Assembly (NCBI GenBank): GCA_001513185.1
Contig: LFST01000051.1
Coordinates: forward strand, 374-64,373
Direction: 5' to 3'
From: Candidatus Fermentithermobacillaceae bacterium DTU015
GTDB lineage: Bacteria; Bacillota; Sulfobacillia; Fermentithermobacillales; Fermentithermobacillaceae
Length of the DNA: 64,000 nt
In this document: in pieces, positions 57,016-64,000 of the stretch
Layout of the letters: the number at the start of each line of letters is the position of its first letter
Position numbering within the stretch: position 1 is the stretch's first letter
Made by a program: the position numbers and the translations under genes
Notes under the pieces: generated by a model
What the model saw: only the letters and a program-made list of their open reading frames with translations
The model's database searches: none
What the model was told of the DNA's origin: nothing

Positions 57016-57912
57016 ATGAAGAGCTATATCTATGTGGACGTGCTATTTTTTGTTAATCTTGTAGTAAACTATGTGATACTTCTGGCTGCAGGAAAAATGA
57101 CAGACACACCGGCCCATGGCAAGCGGGTTGCCTTGGTATCTTGCCTGGGTGCGCTGTATTCAGTCTCTTCACTGGTCTTACCTTACCAGCCCCTTTTTAG
57201 TTTCCCGGCTCGTATACTTGCCGGCCTCCTCATGGTCACCCTGTCATATCCTGAAGCCAAGGGAATCAGTTTCGTCCACCTGGCAGCAGCCTTCTACACA
57301 TGCTCCATCCTGGTTGCTGGATGTGCTTTAGCGCTAAACATGTGGGGCAAACCCTTTCTGACCAGGCTCAGCTTGTACTATCCAAGTGCCCGGTGGTGGA
57401 CCTTGGCGGTGGCCCTGGGTCTCGTGAGCGCCGGTTGCGTCATATGGAAAGCGCTGAATCTGTCACCGGTCAGGCAATTTCCCCTTATGCAGGTTGAAAT
57501 AGCCCTGGACGGCCAGAGCATCTGCCTTAAAGGAATGGTTGACACTGGAAACCAGCTAAGGGATCCGCTTTCGGGGCTACCTGTAATCATAGTTGATTGG
57601 GACTCACTGAAACCTATAATTCCCCAAGAAATGTCTTATTTCTTCCAGGCTGCGTGGGATAAGGCAGCATCCAAACTTGCGAGTCCCCCTGCCGGGACGC
57701 GCCTAAGGCTCATCCCGTTTACCGGCGTGTCAGGCAACAGCGGGATTTTACCCGGCTTTAAGCCAGATGCGCTCTACCTTACGGGCAAACAAGGCAGGTT
57801 CAAGAAAGCAGCCGTAGTGGGAGTATCAGGCAAGCCTCTAAGCCGCCGGGGGCTGTATCAGGCTTTGTTACATCCGGAACTTGTGAGTTTTCAGGGAGGT
57901 GTTTTGATTTGA
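57016..57912 (+). CDS. spoIIGA: sigma-E processing peptidase SpoIIGA
   Basis: [22 protein letters not shown] membrane domain and aspartic protease motif [20 protein letters not shown]. Immediately precedes sigE. Confidence 0.93.
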   Translation: MKSYIYVDVLFFVNLVVNYVILLAAGKMTDTPAHGKRVALVSCLGALYSVSSLVLPYQPLFSFPARILAGLLMVTLSYPEAKGISFVHLAAAFYTCSILVAGCALALNMWGKPFLTRLSLYYPSARWWTLAVALGLVSAGCVIWKALNLSPVRQFPLMQVEIALDGQSICLKGMVDTGNQLRDPLSGLPVIIVDWDSLKPIIPQEMSYFFQAAWDKAASKLASPPAGTRLRLIPFTGVSGNSGILPGFKPDALYLTGKQGRFKKAAVVGVSGKPLSRRGLYQALLHPELVSFQGGVLI

Positions 57913-58640
57913 GCCCAATATCATGGACAAATATCAAACTGACGCTTTCCTTGAAATGGGCGCGCCTGATTGCCAGATTAGGCTTGTTAGGCAGGGTAGA
58001 CTACATTGGAGGCAGTGAAGCCTTACCTCCGCCTTTGACGCCGGAAGAAGAAAGCCATTTGCTGGCGCAGCTCACAGAAGGGAGCCCCGATGTACGGTCC
58101 ACCCTGATCGAAAGAAATCTGCGGCTTGTGGTGTATATCGCCAAGAAATTTGAAAGCACAGGGATTCCCCTGGATGATTTGGTGTCTATCGGTTCAATTG
58201 GCCTCATAAAAGCAGTGTCAACGTTCGATGTAAGCAAGAACATAAGGCTGGCGACATACGCTTCCAAATGCATCGAAAATGAAATCCTCATGTATTTGCG
58301 GCGGATACAAAAAACAAAATCTGAGATTTCTTTCGACGAACCTCTGAATGTTGACGGCGAAGGCAATGAGCTTTGCCTGGCTGATGTTAAAGGTACTCCT
58401 CCCGACGTGATCTACTGCGATCTTGAAAAAGAAGACGATAAGGAAATCCTCAGGCTGGTGCTAAACAGGCTGCCCTGGCGTGAAAGGACCATTGTGGATC
58501 TACGGTACGGCCTCAGAGACGGCGTCGAACGCACCCAAAAACAGGTGGCAGACATGTTGGGTATCTCCCAGTCGTACATCTCCCGCCTGGAGAAAAAAAT
58601 CATGCAAAAACTGCACAGGGACATCGTAAGTTTGCAATAA
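57909..58640 (+). CDS. sigE: RNA polymerase sporulation sigma factor E (pro-sigma-E)
   Basis: Pro-sequence, then [70 protein letters not shown]. The TTG start overlaps the spoIIGA stop. Confidence 0.96.
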   Translation: MSPISWTNIKLTLSLKWARLIARLGLLGRVDYIGGSEALPPPLTPEEESHLLAQLTEGSPDVRSTLIERNLRLVVYIAKKFESTGIPLDDLVSIGSIGLIKAVSTFDVSKNIRLATYASKCIENEILMYLRRIQKTKSEISFDEPLNVDGEGNELCLADVKGTPPDVIYCDLEKEDDKEILRLVLNRLPWRERTIVDLRYGLRDGVERTQKQVADMLGISQSYISRLEKKIMQKLHRDIVSLQ

Positions 58641-58666
58641 CACCGCAACATATGCCAGGCTACTTT

Positions 58667-58696
58667 GTATAACCCCTGGTAATCAAGGCAATACTT
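58667..58696 (+). promoter_or_regulatory. forespore (sigma-F class) promoter upstream of sigG
   Basis: GTATA (58667-58671), exactly 15 nt, GGCAATACTT (58687-58696). This fits GYATA-N15-GGnnAnAnTW. Confidence 0.6.
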
Positions 58697-58745
58697 TTTA
58701 TGAGCGAGTTCAACAAAAACTGGCAATTGTAGACCGGGGGGGAAA

Positions 58746-59525
58746 GTGGCCTTGTACAAAGTTGAAATTTGCGGAGTAAACACCAGCAAGCTTCCTGTCC
58801 TCACCTCAGCACAAATGCGGGAACTGTTTATCGCCAAACAGAACGGCGATCCCACAGCCAGGGAAAAACTGGTCAACGGCAACCTAAGGCTTGTCCTAAG
58901 CGTGATCCAGCGGTTTGCCAACCGTGGAGAATACGTGGACGACTTGTTCCAGGTTGGTTGCATCGGACTTATCAAGGCCATCGACAACTTCGACTTAAGC
59001 CAGAACGTGAAATTTTCCACCTACGCCGTACCCATGATAATCGGTGAAATAAAGAGGTACCTGAGGGACAACAACCCGATCCGCGTTTCCAGATCCCTCC
59101 GGGATACCGCCTACCGGGCACTTCAAACCCGGGATGCCCTCGTCGCCAAACTCGGCAGGGAACCTTCACTGAAGGAAATCTCTGAACAGCTAAATGTCCC
59201 CGAGGATGAAATTGTGTACGCCCTTGACGCAATCCAGGAACCCATCAGTTTATTTGAGCCCGTATACCATGACGGCGGCGATCCCATATACGTAATGGAC
59301 CAGGTAAAGGACGAAAAGGGAGAAGACTCTTCCTGGGTTCAGGAAATATCCATCAATGAATCAATCCAGAAATTATCCCAGCGGGAACAGGCAATAATAA
59401 GAATGAGATTTTTTGAAGGAAAAACTCAAATGGAGGTTGCGCAGGAAATAGGGATTTCCCAGGCGCAAGTTTCCAGGCTGGAAAAGGCGGCGCTAATTCA
59501 GATGAGGGAACATATGTCTCTATAG
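58746..59525 (+). CDS. sigG: RNA polymerase sporulation sigma factor G
   Basis: KVEICGVNTSKLPVL, REKLVNGNLRLVLSVIQRFANRGEYVDDLFQVGCIGLIKAIDNFD, YAVPMIIGEIKRYLRDNNPIRVSRSLRD, ISQAQVSRLEKAA. Near-identical blocks to B. subtilis SigG. Confidence 0.96.
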   Translation: MALYKVEICGVNTSKLPVLTSAQMRELFIAKQNGDPTAREKLVNGNLRLVLSVIQRFANRGEYVDDLFQVGCIGLIKAIDNFDLSQNVKFSTYAVPMIIGEIKRYLRDNNPIRVSRSLRDTAYRALQTRDALVAKLGREPSLKEISEQLNVPEDEIVYALDAIQEPISLFEPVYHDGGDPIYVMDQVKDEKGEDSSWVQEISINESIQKLSQREQAIIRMRFFEGKTQMEVAQEIGISQAQVSRLEKAALIQMREHMSL

Positions 59526-59541
59526 GATAGGGGGGAATAAC

Positions 59542-60267
59542 ATGAAACGCAGGTTCAAGAAGGGTTTTCTCGACGCAATAGTACTTGCAACAGTGGCAGG
59601 AATCATCCTAGGCGTAGGTTGGGCCATGGCCCGGGCTTACGATACACGCAAGGCTTATACTCCTACCAACCTGATTAGGCTGCATATAATCGGCAATTCA
59701 GATTCGGCCGAAGACCAAGAGGTAAAGCTCAGGGTCCGTGACTCCATTGTGGACACCTTCGGGGGATACCTGATGCAGGCGGAAGACTCGGTGCATGCCG
59801 AAAGCATTATCGAGGAGCTTTTGCCCCAAATCGAACGTACTGCAACCAAATGCTTGGCTGAGTCGGGTATGGACTATGGGGCCGAGGCCAAACTGGGGCT
59901 TGAGTTTTACCCCGACAGGTACTACGAGGACGCGTCAGGAGAACCAGTGCTCGTACCCGCAGGTGTTTACAAGTCGCTACAAATAACCCTGGGTTCGGGC
60001 AAGGGGGATAACTGGTGGTGCATCATGTATCCTCCCATGTGTTTCGTTGATATCGTGAGAAAGACCGAACCCACCCAGGATATTTCAGGCGCCTTATCGG
60101 TGATTGTCACTGAGGAAGACGGGTACATCCTTGTGGATGAACAGGCACTTAAAGCAGTGGAACCTGAGATAAGATTTCTCATCCTCGACTGGCTGGAAAA
60201 AGGCAAACGTGCCCTCACTGCGCTATTTTCCTCACTGAGCGGCTCCCTTAGCGGCACCCAACCATAA
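59542..60267 (+). CDS. spoIIR: stage II sporulation protein R (SpoIIR)
   Basis: Signal/TM, LIRLHIIGNSDSAEDQEVKLRVRDSIV, GKGDNWWCIMYPPMCF. Confidence 0.9.
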   Translation: MKRRFKKGFLDAIVLATVAGIILGVGWAMARAYDTRKAYTPTNLIRLHIIGNSDSAEDQEVKLRVRDSIVDTFGGYLMQAEDSVHAESIIEELLPQIERTATKCLAESGMDYGAEAKLGLEFYPDRYYEDASGEPVLVPAGVYKSLQITLGSGKGDNWWCIMYPPMCFVDIVRKTEPTQDISGALSVIVTEEDGYILVDEQALKAVEPEIRFLILDWLEKGKRALTALFSSLSGSLSGTQP

Positions 60268-60329
60268 AAAAGCGGCCTTCAATACAACTCAAGCAGCCCG
60301 GAGCAATATACTATTTAGGGGTGTTTCCC

Positions 60330-60590
60330 ATGATCCGGGCATCTGACCTGTCCATGCGCGAAGTGATTAACACTACCGACGGGCGGCGGTTGGGCAATAT
60401 CGTCGATGTGGAACTGGACCTTTCTACAGGTAAGATAACCGCTGTGATTGTACCTGGCCAATCGAAAGCCTTCGGGCTTTTTGGCTACGGCGATGACTAT
60501 GTCATTCCCTGGGACAGCATCAAGAAGATCGGCGAAGACGTGATCCTTGTAGAACTCTCAGATAGGTACCTCAGGCGTTCCAACAGGTAG
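60330..60590 (+). CDS. ymxH: YlmC/YmxH family sporulation protein (PRC-barrel)
   Basis: IRASDLSMREVINTTDGRRLGNIVDVELDLSTGKITAVIVPG...IPWDSIKKIGEDVILV. Confidence 0.88.
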   Translation: MIRASDLSMREVINTTDGRRLGNIVDVELDLSTGKITAVIVPGQSKAFGLFGYGDDYVIPWDSIKKIGEDVILVELSDRYLRRSNR

Positions 60591-60645
60591 AACGCCAAAG
60601 CCCTCCTTGACTTGAAACTTTGGGTGCAATACTCTCTTAGTTAGT

Positions 60646-61911
60646 ATGGCTAAGAGAAAAAGAAGCAGGAGAAAAAAACTGAGTAACCGCATGAAAAACG
60701 TGGCCATTGCACTGGTGTTTGTGTTGTTTGGCCTGGTACTGCTTTGGCCTTATATCCGTTTGGCTTTTCTCCGGGCCGTGGTGCCTATAGGCAGGGGAGT
60801 CCCGGGAGTGCTCGATGAACGCGTCTCAGGAGACGCGGTGTTTTACAGCGGCCAGGCCGTGCTTACGGCGCCTGCTGCAGGCACCATCAGCTTCCGGGTC
60901 AAACATGGCGATTCAGTGCGGGTTGGGGATGTGATCGCCGAAATCGGCGACACAGACGCACTGGCATCGGTGGCCGATAACCTGGCTGCTGCCCAGGCTC
61001 AACTGACTGAGTACGAAGCACAAACTGCCGGTAGTTTCAGGGAACTTACCCGCAAAATACAGGCGTGCTACGAAAACGCAGTAAGCGCTTTCTATGAAAT
61101 GCAGATAGCTTTTGCTTCGGGAAACCCGTCAAACTACCTTGAAAAGCAGGAAGCATTTGACCGCTACGTGGACGATCTGTCCCAAAACAGGGCAGAACTT
61201 ATGGCTCTCGAAGACCAACGGTCCAGATTGGTGGGCCAGGTGGAAATGATGCAGCAGGTGGCATCGTCGTCCTCTGTGAAAATCCTGGCTCCTGTGTCAG
61301 GCATATTTTGCGCCGATGTTACAGCCATGGATCCTGAGCTGACCCCAGCCAACCTTTCGGGCATGGATGCTTCCCAACTGGCTGTGCTGGCCCGCGAACT
61401 AAGGGATGCCACTGAATACAGGGTTCAGGATGGCCAGAAGGTGCAGTACGGGGAAGTGGTCGGGCGGATTGTGTCCGGGGAGGACGTCAAGTTTTGTTTA
61501 ACCGTCAAGACCGAGCAGCGGCCTGACCTGAAGCCAGGAAACAGGGTCATGCTTGAAATAAACGGCAGTACGCCGGTGTACTGTACCATATCCGGCGTAA
61601 CCGACGGAAAACCCCCGGGATACTCCGTTATCGCGGGAGAAATCGATTATCTAGCCCCTGACAAGTACGTAAGGGCCTCCCAAGCTTCGCTGATTACCCG
61701 GAGGGAGCAAGGGATTATCATTCCCGTCAAGAGCCTGGTAGAGAAGAACGGGCAGACAGGCGTGCTTCTGGTTCAGAAGACTTTTGCTGTGTTCCACCCG
61801 GTGGATGTGCGCATGATACGGGGCGATCAGGCTGTGGTACAAGGGCTCAGCGAAACCAGCGAGATAGTGCTTAACGGGATGAAATTCTTCGAAGGAAGGA
61901 GAGTCAGGTGA
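60646..61911 (+). CDS. HlyD-family / membrane-fusion-like protein (orphan periplasmic-adaptor fold)
   Basis: Basic N-terminus plus a TM. Lipoyl-like hairpin AGTISFRVKHGDSVRVGDVIAEI, long coiled coil, second half-barrel APVSGIF, C-terminal beta-barrel. No transporter partner adjacent. Confidence 0.6.
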   Translation: MAKRKRSRRKKLSNRMKNVAIALVFVLFGLVLLWPYIRLAFLRAVVPIGRGVPGVLDERVSGDAVFYSGQAVLTAPAAGTISFRVKHGDSVRVGDVIAEIGDTDALASVADNLAAAQAQLTEYEAQTAGSFRELTRKIQACYENAVSAFYEMQIAFASGNPSNYLEKQEAFDRYVDDLSQNRAELMALEDQRSRLVGQVEMMQQVASSSSVKILAPVSGIFCADVTAMDPELTPANLSGMDASQLAVLARELRDATEYRVQDGQKVQYGEVVGRIVSGEDVKFCLTVKTEQRPDLKPGNRVMLEINGSTPVYCTISGVTDGKPPGYSVIAGEIDYLAPDKYVRASQASLITRREQGIIIPVKSLVEKNGQTGVLLVQKTFAVFHPVDVRMIRGDQAVVQGLSETSEIVLNGMKFFEGRRVR

Positions 61912-62636
61912 TTACACACCGGCTTATAGCCATCCAACGCAATATCGAACAAGCGTGCAACAAAGTAGGGCGGGATCCAGCCTCGGTGAGGCTGTTAGCA
62001 GTCTCAAAGACCTTCGATGCTAAGGCAATCAGTGAAGCAAAATCCCTGGGGATCTGCTACTTCGGTGAAAACCGCGTCCAAGAAGCCAGGGACAAGGTCC
62101 GGGCGGGGGTATTTGAAGGTGCAACCCTATGCCTTATTGGGCACCTTCAATCCAACAAAGCTTCTATGGCTGCGAGAATTTTCGATGAAGTCCACTCAGT
62201 TGATTCACCAAAGATAGCACAAGCTTTGTCCAAGTTCTCTTTGAAGTACCGCCGCGATCCGCTGTCTGTCTACTTGCAGGTGAACATTGCCGGAGACCGA
62301 AACAAGCATGGGTGTACACCCAAGGAGGCATATGACCTGGCCAAACACATCCTTGATCTAGAAGGCCTGAGACTGGCCGGACTTATGACCATAGTGCCGT
62401 ACTCCCAATCGCCCGAAGACTCCAGGCCCCATTTCCGTAACCTGAGGCTCCTGCGTGACGATATGTTAAATGCGGGCATCCCGGCAGATAGCCTGAAAGA
62501 GCTATCAATGGGCATGTCTTCAGACTACCAGGTGGCCATTGAAGAAGGAGCTACGGTAATAAGGCTGGGGACGGCATTATTCGCACCCAGGCAAGGCACA
62601 GGGCAGGATCTTAAAGCCGGTCCGTGGAACTCCTAA
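61908..62636 (+). CDS. yggS: YggS/YlmE family pyridoxal-phosphate homeostasis protein
   Basis: LLAVSKTF (PLP lysine), FGENRVQEA, HLIGHLQSNK, LSMGMSSDYQVAIEEGATVIRLGTALF. Confidence 0.93.
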   Translation: MITHRLIAIQRNIEQACNKVGRDPASVRLLAVSKTFDAKAISEAKSLGICYFGENRVQEARDKVRAGVFEGATLCLIGHLQSNKASMAARIFDEVHSVDSPKIAQALSKFSLKYRRDPLSVYLQVNIAGDRNKHGCTPKEAYDLAKHILDLEGLRLAGLMTIVPYSQSPEDSRPHFRNLRLLRDDMLNAGIPADSLKELSMGMSSDYQVAIEEGATVIRLGTALFAPRQGTGQDLKAGPWNS

Positions 62637-62668
62637 CACAAACAAAACTCAAGACTGGGGGGCTATCT

Positions 62669-63202
62669 ATGGGCGATGAGGAGACCAGGATAACATCACC
62701 GCGAATTCCCAGACTGACGCCTCTGGATATCCATAACAAGGAGTTTACAAGGTCCTTTCGCGGCTACAACGAAGACGAGGTAGACGAATTCCTCGATCTT
62801 ATAGTTGCAGAGTTCGAATGGATATTGCGGGAAAACGAAGAACTCCACGCAAATATCGCCGGATTGGAGTCGAGGATCAACCACTACAAGGGATTGGAAG
62901 AGACCCTCAAGAATGCGATTGTGCTGGCTCAAAAAGCGGCCGATCAGATCAAAGAGGCTGCCAGAAGAGAAGCAGATGCCATATTGGAAGAAGCCCGCAG
63001 ACAGGCTGATATCATAAAGGGGCAAGCAGAGGAAGTCCGCCGCAGGGCTTATGAGGACGTTGAAACGCAGCGCCAGAAAGCCATGAGGTTTAAAGCTGAA
63101 ATGCGCACCCTGCTCCAGTCCACGTTGGAGATGCTGGACAACAACATAGACAATATAACCCGGGTATTAGACGGGGAAAATAGTCTAAAGGATAGGGGAT
63201 AG
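62669..63202 (+). CDS. divIVA: DivIVA-domain cell division protein
   Basis: LTPLDIHNKEFTRSFRGYNEDEVDEFLDLIVAEFE followed by a coiled coil. GGGGGG precedes the ATG at 62669. Confidence 0.9.
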   Translation: MGDEETRITSPRIPRLTPLDIHNKEFTRSFRGYNEDEVDEFLDLIVAEFEWILRENEELHANIAGLESRINHYKGLEETLKNAIVLAQKAADQIKEAARREADAILEEARRQADIIKGQAEEVRRRAYEDVETQRQKAMRFKAEMRTLLQSTLEMLDNNIDNITRVLDGENSLKDRG

Positions 63203-63206
63203 GGAC

Positions 63207-63890
63207 ATGAAAACCATTGGAATAGTGGGTGGCATGGGCCCAGAAGCAACATGCGATCTATACCTGAAGATCATAAGGAACACACCTGCGGACAAAGATC
63301 AAGATCACATACGCACTATTATAGATTCGAACCCGAAAATCCCTGACAGAACTGCATTTATCCTTGGACAGGGACCGGATCCCAGGCCCCTGCTGATTGA
63401 AACCGCCAGGAACGTTGAAAGGGCAGGGGCATCTTTTTTGGTGCTCCCGTGCAATACTGCCCATTATTTCCACAAGGACGTTCAGGACGCAGTTGGAATA
63501 CCTGTGCTCCATATGATGGAAGAAGTAGCCCGCTATCTCAAGGGCAAAGTTGAGCTAGTTGGGATCTTGGCTACTTCAGGAACGTTGAAAACAGGCCTGT
63601 ATGAAAAGGCTTTGTCGGAGGCGGGAATAAGATCCCTCGTGCCTTCCGGGGAAGACCAGGAAAAGGTGATGGAAGCCATTTATTCGGTCAAAGCCGGAAA
63701 GCTCCAGCATGGCAGGGAGTTGATTCTGGAACAGGGCAGGAAGCTCGCCCATCGCGGTGCCCAGGCGGTTATCGCAGGCTGTACTGAGATTCCGCTCATT
63801 CTCAAGCAAGGCGATCTGGACGTGGAAGTGGTAGATGCCACTGAGATTTTGGCCAAGGCGTGTGTACGTCTTGCGCTTGAAGGCATGTAG
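63207..63890 (+). CDS. aspartate/glutamate racemase family protein (aspartate racemase-like)
   Basis: MKTIGIVGGMGPEAT, LVLPCNTAHYF, VIAGCTEIPL. These include the two catalytic Cys motifs of the Asp/Glu racemase family. Confidence 0.88.
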   Translation: MKTIGIVGGMGPEATCDLYLKIIRNTPADKDQDHIRTIIDSNPKIPDRTAFILGQGPDPRPLLIETARNVERAGASFLVLPCNTAHYFHKDVQDAVGIPVLHMMEEVARYLKGKVELVGILATSGTLKTGLYEKALSEAGIRSLVPSGEDQEKVMEAIYSVKAGKLQHGRELILEQGRKLAHRGAQAVIAGCTEIPLILKQGDLDVEVVDATEILAKACVRLALEGM

Positions 63891-64000
63891 GACGCTAATA
63901 GCTAGGGGGATGTCGCTTGAAAGCCAGGATATTCACTAACGGCGATTTCTGGATGCTGGGCCGCAATTTGCGGCGGAACAGCTGCATGGCCGCCTTGGAT

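Noticed and set aside
55965-57017. 350-aa ORF on the minus strand, the longest unexplained ORF in the track
   Set aside because: It lies entirely antisense to ftsZ, whose identity is beyond doubt. Its translation is low-complexity Ser/Ala/Pro/Thr-rich, as expected for the mirror frame of a Gly/Ala/Val-rich gene. It has no SD and no recognisable motif.
58412-59020. 202-aa minus-strand ORF spanning the sigE 3' end, the intergenic region and the sigG 5' end
   Set aside because: It is antisense to two unmistakable sigma-factor genes and crosses their promoter region. No motifs.
59450-59541. An independent sigma-F promoter for spoIIR inside the sigG 3' end
   Set aside because: The best candidates (GTTTC-N15-GGCGCTAATT; GGGAACATAT) have multiple mismatches in the invariant positions. 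Co-transcription with sigG seems more likely.
63917-64000. Possible start of a further CDS (TTG 63917, LKARIFTNGDFWMLGRNLRR...) running off the window
   Set aside because: Only 28 codons are visible. A GGGGGA SD-like element precedes it, but there is too little sequence to assign a product or to be sure it is coding.

Overview
This 64-kb window is conserved chromosomal core from an endospore-forming Firmicute. It is most consistent with class Clostridia: RuvC is present, and it carries spoIIGA-sigE-sigG-spoIIR plus YunB, YtxC-like, BofC-like, SpoIID-like and PASTA-PBP genes. It looks moderately GC-rich by eye. All recognisable genes but one (a class A PBP) are on the + strand.

Gene order:
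- 3' part of a peptide/nickel-type ABC importer (binding protein, 2 permeases, 2 ATPases)
- ytxC-like, then T-box(Thr)-thrS
- leader-infC-rpmI-rplT, then a TrmH-family methyltransferase
- T-box(Phe)-pheST
- L,D-transpeptidase, an SBP-like lipoprotein, DUF421, a thioredoxin-like protein, mutS2
- PBP1A (minus strand)
- tyrS, yunB, nadE, yebC, BofC-like
- ruvCAB, queH, DUF2905, SpoIID-like, queA, tgt, yajC
- a GntR regulator followed by korDABC (2-oxoacid:ferredoxin oxidoreductase), the methylmalonyl-CoA mutase large subunit and methylmalonyl-CoA epimerase
- a small orphan zinc-ribbon ORF
- a dcw cluster: mraZ-rsmH-ftsL-PBP-murE-murF-mraY-ftsW-murG-murC-murA-ftsQ-DUF881-sbp-ftsZ
- spoIIGA-sigE-sigG-spoIIR-ymxH, an HlyD-like protein, yggS, divIVA, aspartate racemase

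I saw no rRNA or tRNA genes, CRISPR arrays, transposases or integrases, prophage genes or recognisable defence genes. I found no convincing evidence for a wholly new system.

The observations most worth a second look:
- a 10-bp-phased AAGTGG repeat array (putative MraZ operator) lying on the mraZ start
- a dcw/ylm region lacking murD, ftsA and sepF at their canonical positions
- co-localisation of the complete pro-sigma-E activation module, with a sigma-F-type promoter in front of sigG
- a kor-mcm-mce operon without a B12-binding subunit, under a GntR regulator with an atypical effector domain
- an unusually long leader in front of the pheST T-box
- a terminator-bracketed orphan zinc-ribbon ORF

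Gene starts were refined by eye from SD spacing and homologous N-termini, and are less certain than stops.
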